A model generated the notes under the pieces. It ran no database searches and had not been told where the DNA came from. It saw only the letters and a program-made list of their open reading frames with translations. Both the position numbers and the translations under genes were made by a program. DNA of 32,000 nucleotides from the NCBI GenBank assembly GCA_910577045.1, contig CAJTLB010000003.1:98379-130378 (forward strand), in the 5' to 3' direction. This stretch comes from an uncultured Lachnospiraceae bacterium (GTDB lineage Bacteria > Bacillota > Clostridia > Lachnospirales > Lachnospiraceae). This document shows, piece after piece, positions 16,245 through 24,937 of the stretch (within the stretch, counting starts at the first letter, position 1; every line of letters starts with the position of its first letter).

Positions 16245-16742
16245 ATGGAAATAAAAAGAATGGTAGTTTTAAGCTTATATACGACAATTGCCCTTATTAT
16301 ATTTACAATAGAAGCAGCATTGCCGGAATTAGTGCCTATCCCAGGGATTAAATTAGGGCTGGCGAATATTATTACATTGTTTGTGCTTAGCCATTATTCT
16401 GCTAAGGAAGCATTGCTTGTGCTATTAGTAAGGATTTTTTTAGCTTCTATATTTATAGGGCAAATAGTATCCTTTTTGTATAGCTTTTGCGGCGGGGTAT
16501 TGGCATGGTGTGGTATGGCGGCGGTACATAAAATAGTTGGTAAACAATATATTTATTTCATTAGTATTATGGGAGGAGTTTTCCATAATGTCGGGCAGAT
16601 ATTAGTGGCATTTTATATACTGAAGCTAACAGGAATATTTGCATATCTCCCATATCTTATAATAAGTGGGATAATAACAGGGTTGTTTACGGGAATAGTG
16701 TGCTGGTTTGTAAATAAGCATATTGTGGTTAAATTAGTTTAA
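16245..16742 (+). CDS. Gx transporter family protein (heptaprenyl diphosphate synthase component I-like membrane protein)
   Basis: The start was moved to ATG 16245 (MEIKRMVV...) behind AAGGAAG; the track start 16185 overlaps the upstream gene. Polytopic membrane protein with LPELVPIPGIKLGLANIITLFVL and FHNVGQILVA segments typical of the family. Confidence 0.75.
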   Translation: MEIKRMVVLSLYTTIALIIFTIEAALPELVPIPGIKLGLANIITLFVLSHYSAKEALLVLLVRIFLASIFIGQIVSFLYSFCGGVLAWCGMAAVHKIVGKQYIYFISIMGGVFHNVGQILVAFYILKLTGIFAYLPYLIISGIITGLFTGIVCWFVNKHIVVKLV

Positions 16743-16769
16743 GCCACTTGCAATAAAAAAGCAAGTGGC
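16743..16769. terminator. Hairpin between convergent Gx-transporter and gdhA genes
   Basis: Perfect 9-bp stem GCCACTTGC / GCAAGTGGC with an A-rich 9-nt loop, immediately after the + strand stop codon. Confidence 0.65.
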
Positions 16770-16794
16770 CTATCTTGTAAAAAATTTTTATTAA

Positions 16795-18150
<1,356 letters not shown>

Positions 18151-18165
18151 TTATAATACATTCAT

Positions 18166-18194
18166 AGTATAATGCTTTAACTTGTGAAAGTCAA
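18166..18194 (-). promoter_or_regulatory. SigA-type promoter for gdhA
   Basis: The minus strand reads TTGACT-N17-TATACT (ttgactttcacaagttaaagcattatact), about 35 nt upstream of the gdhA ATG. Confidence 0.6.
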
Positions 18195-18259
18195 TGGATT
18201 TATCTTTGAAGTAATTGAATAAATCGGACATGTTTTATTTTATTATGTTATTATTGTTA

Positions 18260-19054
18260 TTAGGGAACCAGTGATTGCCACCATTCTTTCGGTATGCTGC
18301 CACGATCTATACAACAGTTAGGTTCATAGGAAAGGATTTGTGAGGTAACAGAAAAAAGTTTAGAAGCATCGCAAAGGATACTGGGGGCAGAGCCAAATAC
18401 TACTCTTTTTGCTGCACCTGTTTCAAAAAAAGCATCGCTTAATTTATCGAAGCTTTCAGAGATATGGGCAGTATAAGGGTTGTAATGGCGGTACATGGGA
18501 GTTGGCTTTAAACTGTTATCTGGCATCTTAATATAAAAAAGCGTTGGGTTAGCTGTAAGGCGTTCTGGCACATGGCATCTTTCTTCAATGCTGTGGATAT
18601 AGGTATTGCGGATATGGGTAACGCCAACCAGTAAGATTTTAGCGTGGATTGTATTAAGCCTGTCCCAACAGCCGCCGGGAGTACATGGGGTATTACAGTT
18701 TTCTTCTCCTTTTATATATTCTTTGGCAGAAGGGCCATAAGCAGCTATACTGTGGGTGGGATGCAGGGAACGGACTACGCCGGGGCGTTTTAAAAATAGG
18801 TTTGGAATAATCCCAACACAGGCAGGTTCTGTTTCTGGATGAAAAACAGGATATGTTTCACTCATTTGCGCCCATGTGTGGGCTGGGGCCATAAACAGCC
18901 CATCAGACAAATATTCCATAAAAGAATCTAGTACAGTATCGGCACCACCTTCTACTTCGCCAATGGATTTCATAGAGGAATGGAGCATAATAGAGTCGGA
19001 GGGGGAGAGTCCCATAGATTTTAAATGATTGATTAATTGTTGTTTTGTGTACAT
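18260..19054 (-). CDS. AAC(3)-family aminoglycoside N-acetyltransferase-like protein
   Basis: Family pattern IMLHSSMKSIGEVEGGADTVLDSFMEYL...FMAPAHTW...RSLHPTHSIAAYGP...ILLVGVTHIRNTYIHSIEE. Substrate is unknown. Confidence 0.8.
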   Translation of the reverse strand: MYTKQQLINHLKSMGLSPSDSIMLHSSMKSIGEVEGGADTVLDSFMEYLSDGLFMAPAHTWAQMSETYPVFHPETEPACVGIIPNLFLKRPGVVRSLHPTHSIAAYGPSAKEYIKGEENCNTPCTPGGCWDRLNTIHAKILLVGVTHIRNTYIHSIEERCHVPERLTANPTLFYIKMPDNSLKPTPMYRHYNPYTAHISESFDKLSDAFFETGAAKRVVFGSAPSILCDASKLFSVTSQILSYEPNCCIDRGSIPKEWWQSLVP

Positions 19055-19177
19055 TTTTATTACCTCATTTAGATTGATATTTATAAACCAGTGTATTTGA
19101 TTTCAGGTAAAATAACAAGTCAAATCAAGCTAAATTTATGTTCTTTTATTATAATAAATATAGGGTGGTTAAATAAA

Positions 19178-20137
19178 ATGAAAAAACATGAATATGAGTG
19201 GCAGCAGCAAATACAGGTTTTTATTGAAGAAATTGATAAAGGTATTAAAGACTATAAGGATGAAGATTTAACCTTACAGGTGCTTTCTAAGAAATTCGGC
19301 TATTCTGAATTTTATATTACAAAAAGGTTTAAAGAAATTTCTGGCGTATTATTTAGGGATTATGTAAGGCGCAGGAAATTGGCATTTGCTTTAAAAGAGA
19401 TACGGGATAGTAAAAAAGATATTTTAGAAATTGCCTTTGACTATGGTTTTTCTTCACATGAGGCATTTACCCGTTCTTTTAAAAAATTATATAGTATTAC
19501 GCCCAGTGAATACCGGAAAAAACCTGTCCCAGTTGTATTGCGTACAAAAATAAAACCTTTTGACCGCTACTTTTTAGGAATTGGAGAGATTGGCATGATG
19601 AAATCAACAGAAGATATTAAAGTTTATTTTATAATGGTTCCTGCACATAAGTTTTTGTATATTAAAAACTATGACAGTGATGGGTACTGGGATTTTTGGA
19701 AGAAACAAAGCCAAATCCCAGGACAGGACTGTGAAACAATTTGTGGGTTGTTAGATAGTATAAAAGGAAAGTTAGACGATCGGGGAGGAAGCGAACCAAA
19801 TAGTGGTGCTGGGCAGATTATGGCATATATAAATGATCCAAAGGGAAAAGCAGAATGTTATGGGGTACGGCTTCCGGCGGATTATAAGGGAGAAGTGCCT
19901 TCCCAGATGATTTTACAAGATGTGCCAGAGGGAGAATATATTGTATTTGAACATGGAAAGTTTAATTATGAACAAGAAAATTGTAGTGTAGAGGAGAAGG
20001 TAAAGGAGGCAATAGATTCTTATGATTTTGCTAGTACAGGATATTCCTTAGATGATGTACAAGGAAGAGTTGAGTATTTTTACCATGATCCAGCACAATT
20101 TTTTAAGGTTGTAAAACCAGTTAGAAAGTGTAAATAA
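19178..20137 (+). CDS. AraC family transcriptional regulator with GyrI-like/effector-binding C-terminal domain
   Basis: The start was moved to ATG 19178 (MKKHEYEW...) behind GGGTGG; the track GTG 19091 extension reads as low-complexity promoter sequence. The AraC HTH sits at the N-terminus (LSKKFGYSEFYITKRFKEISG...IAFDYGFSSHEAFTRSFKKLYSITPSEYRK). A roughly 190-aa small-molecule-binding-type domain follows. Confidence 0.8.
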   Translation: MKKHEYEWQQQIQVFIEEIDKGIKDYKDEDLTLQVLSKKFGYSEFYITKRFKEISGVLFRDYVRRRKLAFALKEIRDSKKDILEIAFDYGFSSHEAFTRSFKKLYSITPSEYRKKPVPVVLRTKIKPFDRYFLGIGEIGMMKSTEDIKVYFIMVPAHKFLYIKNYDSDGYWDFWKKQSQIPGQDCETICGLLDSIKGKLDDRGGSEPNSGAGQIMAYINDPKGKAECYGVRLPADYKGEVPSQMILQDVPEGEYIVFEHGKFNYEQENCSVEEKVKEAIDSYDFASTGYSLDDVQGRVEYFYHDPAQFFKVVKPVRKCK

Positions 20138-20165
20138 GAAATTTTGTACTTATTTGTATTTCTCC

Positions 20166-20195
20166 TTGACAAATTCGTTGCTTATAGTATATAGT
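20166..20195 (+). promoter_or_regulatory. SigA-type promoter of the metG T-box leader
   Basis: TTGACA (20166-20171), N18, TATAGT (20190-20195). An alternative TATATA sits at N16. Confidence 0.55.
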
Positions 20196-20199
20196 AAAA

Positions 20200-20478
20200 T
20201 CTAACATGGAAAAAAGCGATGAAAAGAAGAGTAAGGAATGGAATTGCCTATAGAGAGTCCTGGTAGCTGGGAAGGGATGGCAAAGGAAGTTTTTGAAGAT
20301 GGCCTTGGAGCTTTATAGCTGAGGACGCAGGTCTTAGGCTGTAACGGTTTCACCCGTTATCGTGAAGGCTGTTAGATGACAGTGAAAGAGGCTTGTTTTG
20401 TGAGAAACAAGTGAATTAAAGTGGTACCACGGTTTTATCCGTCTTTAAGAATAACTTAAAGGCGGATTTTATTTTTTG
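20200..20478 (+). promoter_or_regulatory. T-box riboswitch leader (Met-type inferred)
   Basis: Stem I elements are GCGATGA (K-turn side), AGAGAG (AG bulge), the distal-loop CTGGTAGCTGG and the GAAGATGG specifier context. The T-box sequence AATTAAAGTGGTACCACGG is at 20414-20432. A terminator with competing antiterminator potential follows, and the element sits directly upstream of metG. Confidence 0.88.
20437..20477 (+). terminator. T-box attenuator terminator
   Basis: 13-bp stem ATCCGTCTTTAAG / CTTAAAGGCGGAT with one G-U pair, loop AATAA, followed by TTTTATTTTTT. Confidence 0.88.
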
Positions 20479-20493
20479 TAGGAGGAAAGATGT

Positions 20494-22464
20494 ATGTGCC
20501 AAACATGTAAAAAAGGAAAATTTTATTTGACAACAGCGATTGCCTATACTTCAGCAAAACCACATATTGGGAATGTGTATGAAATTGTGCTGGCGGATAG
20601 TATTGCAAGGTTTAAGAAACAACAAGGATATGAGGTATATTTCCAGACAGGGACAGATGAACATGGGCAAAAAATTGAAGATAAGGCAAAGGCTGCCGGG
20701 ATTAGCCCAAAAGAATATGTCGATCAAATATCTGGCATGGTAAAAGCAAATTGGGATTTGATGAATACGGATTATAATAGGTTTATCCGTACTACCGATC
20801 AAGACCATGAAAAACAGGTACAAAAGATTTTTAAGAAGCTTTATGAACAAGGGGATATTTATAAAGGATATTATGAGGGGATGTATTGCAAACCTTGTGA
20901 ATCTTTTTTTACTTCTTCACAGCTTGTAGATGGAAAGTGCCCAGACTGTGGCGCTAAGGTAGAGGCAGCTAAGGAAGAAGCATATTTTTTAAAGCTTAGT
21001 AAATATACAGACAGGTTAATTGAGCATATTAATAGCCATCCAGAGTTTATCCAGCCAGAGTCAAGGAAAAATGAGATGATGAATAATTTCCTCCTTCCAG
21101 GGCTGCAGGACTTATGCGTATCTAGGACGTCTTTCCAATGGGGCATCCCAGTTGATTTTGATAATAAACATGTAATCTATGTATGGATGGATGCATTGTC
21201 CAATTATATTACAGGGCTTGGGTATCACGTGGATGGGGAGCAGGGGGAACTTTATAAAAAGTTTTGGCCGGCGGATCTTCATTTAATTGGAAAGGATATT
21301 TTACGTTTCCATACTATTTATTGGCCAATTATTTTAATGGCTTTAGGGCTTCCTTTGCCAAAGCAGATTTTTGGGCATCCATGGCTTTTGCAAGGAGAAG
21401 GCAAAATGAGTAAGTCCAAAGGGAATGTAATTTATGCAGAGGAATTAGTGGATATCTTTGGCGTGGATGCAGTCCGTTATTTTGTGCTCCATGAAATGCC
21501 ATTTGATAATGATGGGATTATTTCATGGGAATTAATGACAGAACGTATGAACTCTGATCTCGCTAATACACTTGGGAATTTGGTAAAACGCACGATTTCT
21601 ATGTCAAACCAGTATTTTGGCGGCATTGTTACGAATGCAGGGGAAACAGAGCCAGTAGATGAAGAGTTAATTAGCCTAGTAAAAGGAACAGCAGGAAAAG
21701 TAGAGGAAAAAATGGAAAAACTGCGTGTAGCAGATGCTATTTCTGAGATATTTGTATTATTTAAGCGTTGCAATAAATATATTGATGAAACAACTCCTTG
21801 GATATTGGCAAAAGATGAAAGGAAACAAAAACGTTTACAGACAGTGCTCTATCATTTAGTAGAAAGCATTTGTATCGGGGCAAGCCTATTAAAAGCATTT
21901 ATGCCAGAGACATCAGAAAAGATCTTAAAGCAATTACAGGCAGAGGGCCGTTCTATAGATTCTTGTAAAGAGTATGGGCTTTATCCTTCCGGCAACAAAG
22001 TAACAGAGGAACCAGAGATTTTATTTGCCCGTTTGGATGTAAAGAAGGTTTTGGAGAAAGCAGAGGAATTAAAGGCAGAAAAAATAAAAGCAGTAGCAGA
22101 GGAAGAAAAAGAACCTGGTATTGATATAGAGGCAAAGCCAGAAATTTCTTATGAAGATTTTGATAAACTGCAATTCCAAGTAGGGGAGATTATTTCTTGT
22201 GAAGCGGTGCCAAAGTCGAAAAAATTACTTTGTTCGAAAGTAAGGGTTGGAAGCACTATAAAGCAAATTGTATCGGGGATCCGGTCGTATTATACGCCAG
22301 AAGAAATGGTAGGGAAAAAAGTAATGGTATTAGTAAACTTAAAACCCGCAACACTGGCTGGGGTATTGTCAGAAGGAATGCTTTTATGTGCAGAGAATGA
22401 AAAAGGGGAATTAGCACTTTTAACACCAGAAAAACCAATGCCATCTGGTGCTGAGATTGCTTAA
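20494..22464 (+). CDS. metG: Methionine--tRNA ligase with C-terminal tRNA-binding (Trbp111/EMAP-like) domain
   Basis: HIGH-type motif KPHIGNVYE, KMSKS motif GKMSKSKGN, zinc knuckle CKPCESF...CPDCG, and C-terminal FQVGEIISCEAVPKSKKLLCSKVRVG...VLVNLKPATLAGVLSEGMLL. Confidence 0.96.
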   Translation: MCQTCKKGKFYLTTAIAYTSAKPHIGNVYEIVLADSIARFKKQQGYEVYFQTGTDEHGQKIEDKAKAAGISPKEYVDQISGMVKANWDLMNTDYNRFIRTTDQDHEKQVQKIFKKLYEQGDIYKGYYEGMYCKPCESFFTSSQLVDGKCPDCGAKVEAAKEEAYFLKLSKYTDRLIEHINSHPEFIQPESRKNEMMNNFLLPGLQDLCVSRTSFQWGIPVDFDNKHVIYVWMDALSNYITGLGYHVDGEQGELYKKFWPADLHLIGKDILRFHTIYWPIILMALGLPLPKQIFGHPWLLQGEGKMSKSKGNVIYAEELVDIFGVDAVRYFVLHEMPFDNDGIISWELMTERMNSDLANTLGNLVKRTISMSNQYFGGIVTNAGETEPVDEELISLVKGTAGKVEEKMEKLRVADAISEIFVLFKRCNKYIDETTPWILAKDERKQKRLQTVLYHLVESICIGASLLKAFMPETSEKILKQLQAEGRSIDSCKEYGLYPSGNKVTEEPEILFARLDVKKVLEKAEELKAEKIKAVAEEEKEPGIDIEAKPEISYEDFDKLQFQVGEIISCEAVPKSKKLLCSKVRVGSTIKQIVSGIRSYYTPEEMVGKKVMVLVNLKPATLAGVLSEGMLLCAENEKGELALLTPEKPMPSGAEIA

Positions 22465-22478
22465 AGGGAGGAAGTAAA

Positions 22479-23273
22479 TTGAAGTACAGACATTCAATTA
22501 AGAAGGCTGCATATATTTTGGCAGCCTGTGGCATATTAGCGGCAGAAATTTTTACCTTCAATAATAAGGTTGTTGTAGCATATGCGGATGAGGTTGTAGC
22601 AAAACCAGAGAAAATTGAAATAGAAGAGATAAGGGCATGGGATATGGCAGACTCTTATGCGATACCAGAGGGGCCGGCATTGTTTTTTCAAGAAGCTTTA
22701 AGAGAAAAGGAAGAAGACTGGAAACTGATATTGGTGAACCGTGACCATCCGCTTCCAGATGGATATCAACCAGAAACGCAGAGATTAAGTAATGGGTTAT
22801 TGGTTGATACAAGGATTTATCAGCCATTAATGGAGCTTTTAGAAGCTGGGAACCAGGAAGGGTGCGCATTTTTGGTCTGTTCTGCATACCGGCCATATGA
22901 AAGGCAAGTGGAATTATATCAAAATAAAATATTAAAATACCAAGGATGGGGCTATAGCTATGAGGAAGCATGTGCTAGGACAGAAGAAACGATTTCCATT
23001 CCTGGCTGTAGTGAACACCAGGCAGGGCTTGCAGTAGATATTGTTACAGTAAGGCACCAAGTATTAAATGAGGCATTTGCTAATACAAAGGCAGGAAAGT
23101 GGCTTGCAGAACATGCGCATGAATATGGCTTTATCCTCCGGTATCCAAAAGATAAAGAAGAAGTGACAGGGATTAGTTATGAGCCATGGCATTTCCGTTA
23201 TGTAGGGAAAGAGGCGGCAGCCGAAATCTTTGAACTAGGATGCTGCTTAGAAGAATATAAAGAGTGGAAATAA
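22479..23273 (+). CDS. Membrane-anchored M15B (VanY-like) D-alanyl-D-alanine carboxypeptidase
   Basis: TTG start after AGGGAGGA. N-terminal anchor KKAAYILAACGILAAEIFTF. The M15B metal and catalytic motifs SAYRPYERQ, SEHQAGLAVDI and EPWHFRYVG are present. Confidence 0.85.
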   Translation: MKYRHSIKKAAYILAACGILAAEIFTFNNKVVVAYADEVVAKPEKIEIEEIRAWDMADSYAIPEGPALFFQEALREKEEDWKLILVNRDHPLPDGYQPETQRLSNGLLVDTRIYQPLMELLEAGNQEGCAFLVCSAYRPYERQVELYQNKILKYQGWGYSYEEACARTEETISIPGCSEHQAGLAVDIVTVRHQVLNEAFANTKAGKWLAEHAHEYGFILRYPKDKEEVTGISYEPWHFRYVGKEAAAEIFELGCCLEEYKEWK

Positions 23274-23275
23274 AA

Positions 23276-24040
23276 ATGATATTTGATACACATACACATT
23301 ATAATGATGATGCTTTTGACGAGGACAGGGAGGAATTATTATCCTCCCTGCCAGCGCATGGTATTTGCCATGTAGTAAACGTAGGGGCTAGCCTTTCTGA
23401 TTGCCAGCAGACTTTAGCATTAACAAAGGCGTATGATTTTATATATGGCGCAGTTGGCGTACATCCTAGTGGGACAACAGAGCTTACAGAAAAAAGCTAT
23501 GAATGGCTAAAAATAGCAGCAAAAGAACAAAAAATTGTAGCCATAGGGGAAATTGGGCTGGATTATTACTGGGAAGAACCAGAACATGGAATACAAAAAA
23601 AATGGTTTTGTAAGCAGCTTGAAATGGCAAAAGAATTAAAGCTGCCGGTAATTATCCACAGCAGGGAAGCTGCAAAGGATACGCTTGATATTATAAAAGA
23701 TTATTATCAAAAGGAAAATGGCGGTGTAATCCACTGTTATTCTTATTCTCTGGAAATAGCCAAGGAGTATGAAAAATTAGGTTTCTTTTTTGGGATTGGC
23801 GGCGTAGTGACATTTACAAATGGGAAGAAATTAAAAGAGGTAGTAGAGTATTTGCCATTAGATAGAATCGTATTGGAAACAGACTGCCCATATTTAGCCC
23901 CTGTGCCAAACCGGGGAAAAAGAAATTCTTCTTTAAATCTTCCTTATATTGCAGAGGAAATTGCAAGAATAAAACAAGTTCCTTATGAAATGGTATTAGA
24001 AACCACATGCCAAAATGCAAAGAAACTTTATCGATTATAA
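23276..24040 (+). CDS. tatD: TatD family metal-dependent hydrolase/DNase
   Basis: MIFDTHTHYNDDAF start typical of TatD, with IGEIGLDYYW, VIIHSREA, HCYSYS and ETDCPYLAP motifs. The alternative GTG start at 23264 overlaps the upstream stop codon. Confidence 0.9.
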   Translation: MIFDTHTHYNDDAFDEDREELLSSLPAHGICHVVNVGASLSDCQQTLALTKAYDFIYGAVGVHPSGTTELTEKSYEWLKIAAKEQKIVAIGEIGLDYYWEEPEHGIQKKWFCKQLEMAKELKLPVIIHSREAAKDTLDIIKDYYQKENGGVIHCYSYSLEIAKEYEKLGFFFGIGGVVTFTNGKKLKEVVEYLPLDRIVLETDCPYLAPVPNRGKRNSSLNLPYIAEEIARIKQVPYEMVLETTCQNAKKLYRL

Positions 24041-24054
24041 GAAATGGAGAAAAA

Positions 24055-24924
24055 ATGCCTGATCTATCAAACCCGAAATATACAATAGAAATAATAAAGA
24101 AATATGAATTTGCGTTTCAAAAAAAATTTGGGCAGAATTTTCTAATTGATGCACATGTGGTGGATAAGATTATCCGTTCTGCTATGTTGACAAAAGAGGA
24201 TTGTGTTTTAGAAATTGGCCCTGGTATTGGGACTATGACACAGGCACTGGCAAAGGCTGCTGGGAAAGTGGTTGCAGTAGAAATTGATAAAAACCTAATA
24301 CCTATTTTAGAAGAAACCTTACAAGGATATTCTAATATTTCAGTGGTAAATGAAGATATTTTAAAAGTAGATATAAAGGAACTTGCTAAAATATATAATG
24401 AAGGGAAACCAATTAAGGTGGTAGCAAATCTTCCTTATTATATTACTACTCCTATTATTATGGGGCTATTTGAAAGTAAAGTGCCACTTGAAAGTATTAC
24501 TGTAATGGTACAGAAGGAGGTTGCAGACCGGATGCAGGTAGGCCCAGGGACAAAAGATTATGGCGCATTATCATTGGCAGTCCAGTATTATGCAAAACCG
24601 GAGATTGTCGCCAATGTGCCGCCAAATTGTTTTATTCCAAGGCCAAAAGTGGGTTCTGCTGTAATCCGTTTAACAAAGCATGTAAAGTGTCCTGTACAGG
24701 TGGCAGAGGAAGGGTTAATGTTTCAGATTATTCGTGCTGCATTTAACCAGAGGAGGAAGACTTTAATTAATGCAGTAGGAAATGCAGCAGATATAAAGGT
24801 TTCCAAAGAAGAGATGGCACAAGCCCTTACTATGGAAGGGCTGCCCATTACAATCCGTGGAGAAGCACTTACTTTAGGGCAATTTGCTTTATTAACAAAC
24901 CATGTGGTAAAACAAAAAGAATAA
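24055..24924 (+). CDS. rsmA: 16S rRNA (adenine1518/1519-N6)-dimethyltransferase
   Basis: The start was moved to ATG 24055 behind GGAGA; the track start 24007 lies inside tatD. KsgA motifs FGQNFLID, SAM site EIGPGIGTMT and NLPYYITTPI are present. Confidence 0.93.
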   Translation: MPDLSNPKYTIEIIKKYEFAFQKKFGQNFLIDAHVVDKIIRSAMLTKEDCVLEIGPGIGTMTQALAKAAGKVVAVEIDKNLIPILEETLQGYSNISVVNEDILKVDIKELAKIYNEGKPIKVVANLPYYITTPIIMGLFESKVPLESITVMVQKEVADRMQVGPGTKDYGALSLAVQYYAKPEIVANVPPNCFIPRPKVGSAVIRLTKHVKCPVQVAEEGLMFQIIRAAFNQRRKTLINAVGNAADIKVSKEEMAQALTMEGLPITIRGEALTLGQFALLTNHVVKQKE

Positions 24925-24937
24925 AGACCAAGGGGAA

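Noticed and set aside
19091-19177. ORF-track N-terminal extensions: 19091 (AraC), 16185 (Gx transporter), 24007 (rsmA), 27199 (membrane AraC), 15500 (surface protein), 4109 (acidic protein), 23264 (tatD)
   Set aside because: In each case a downstream in-frame start has a correctly spaced Shine-Dalgarno sequence. The extension overlaps the upstream gene, the RBS itself or promoter DNA. The shorter forms are reported, but the alternatives cannot be excluded without N-terminal data.
20490-20510. Six-codon mini-ORF (ATG 20490, MYVPNM-stop) overlapping the metG start in another frame
   Set aside because: It sits only 3 nt from the RBS, whereas the metG ATG at 20494 has 7-nt spacing. A T-box needs no leader peptide, so this is probably coincidental.
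22256-22971. Minus-strand ORFs of 101 and 137 aa antisense to metG and the VanY-like gene
   Set aside because: They are antisense to motif-complete genes, with no start signals, and are spurious.
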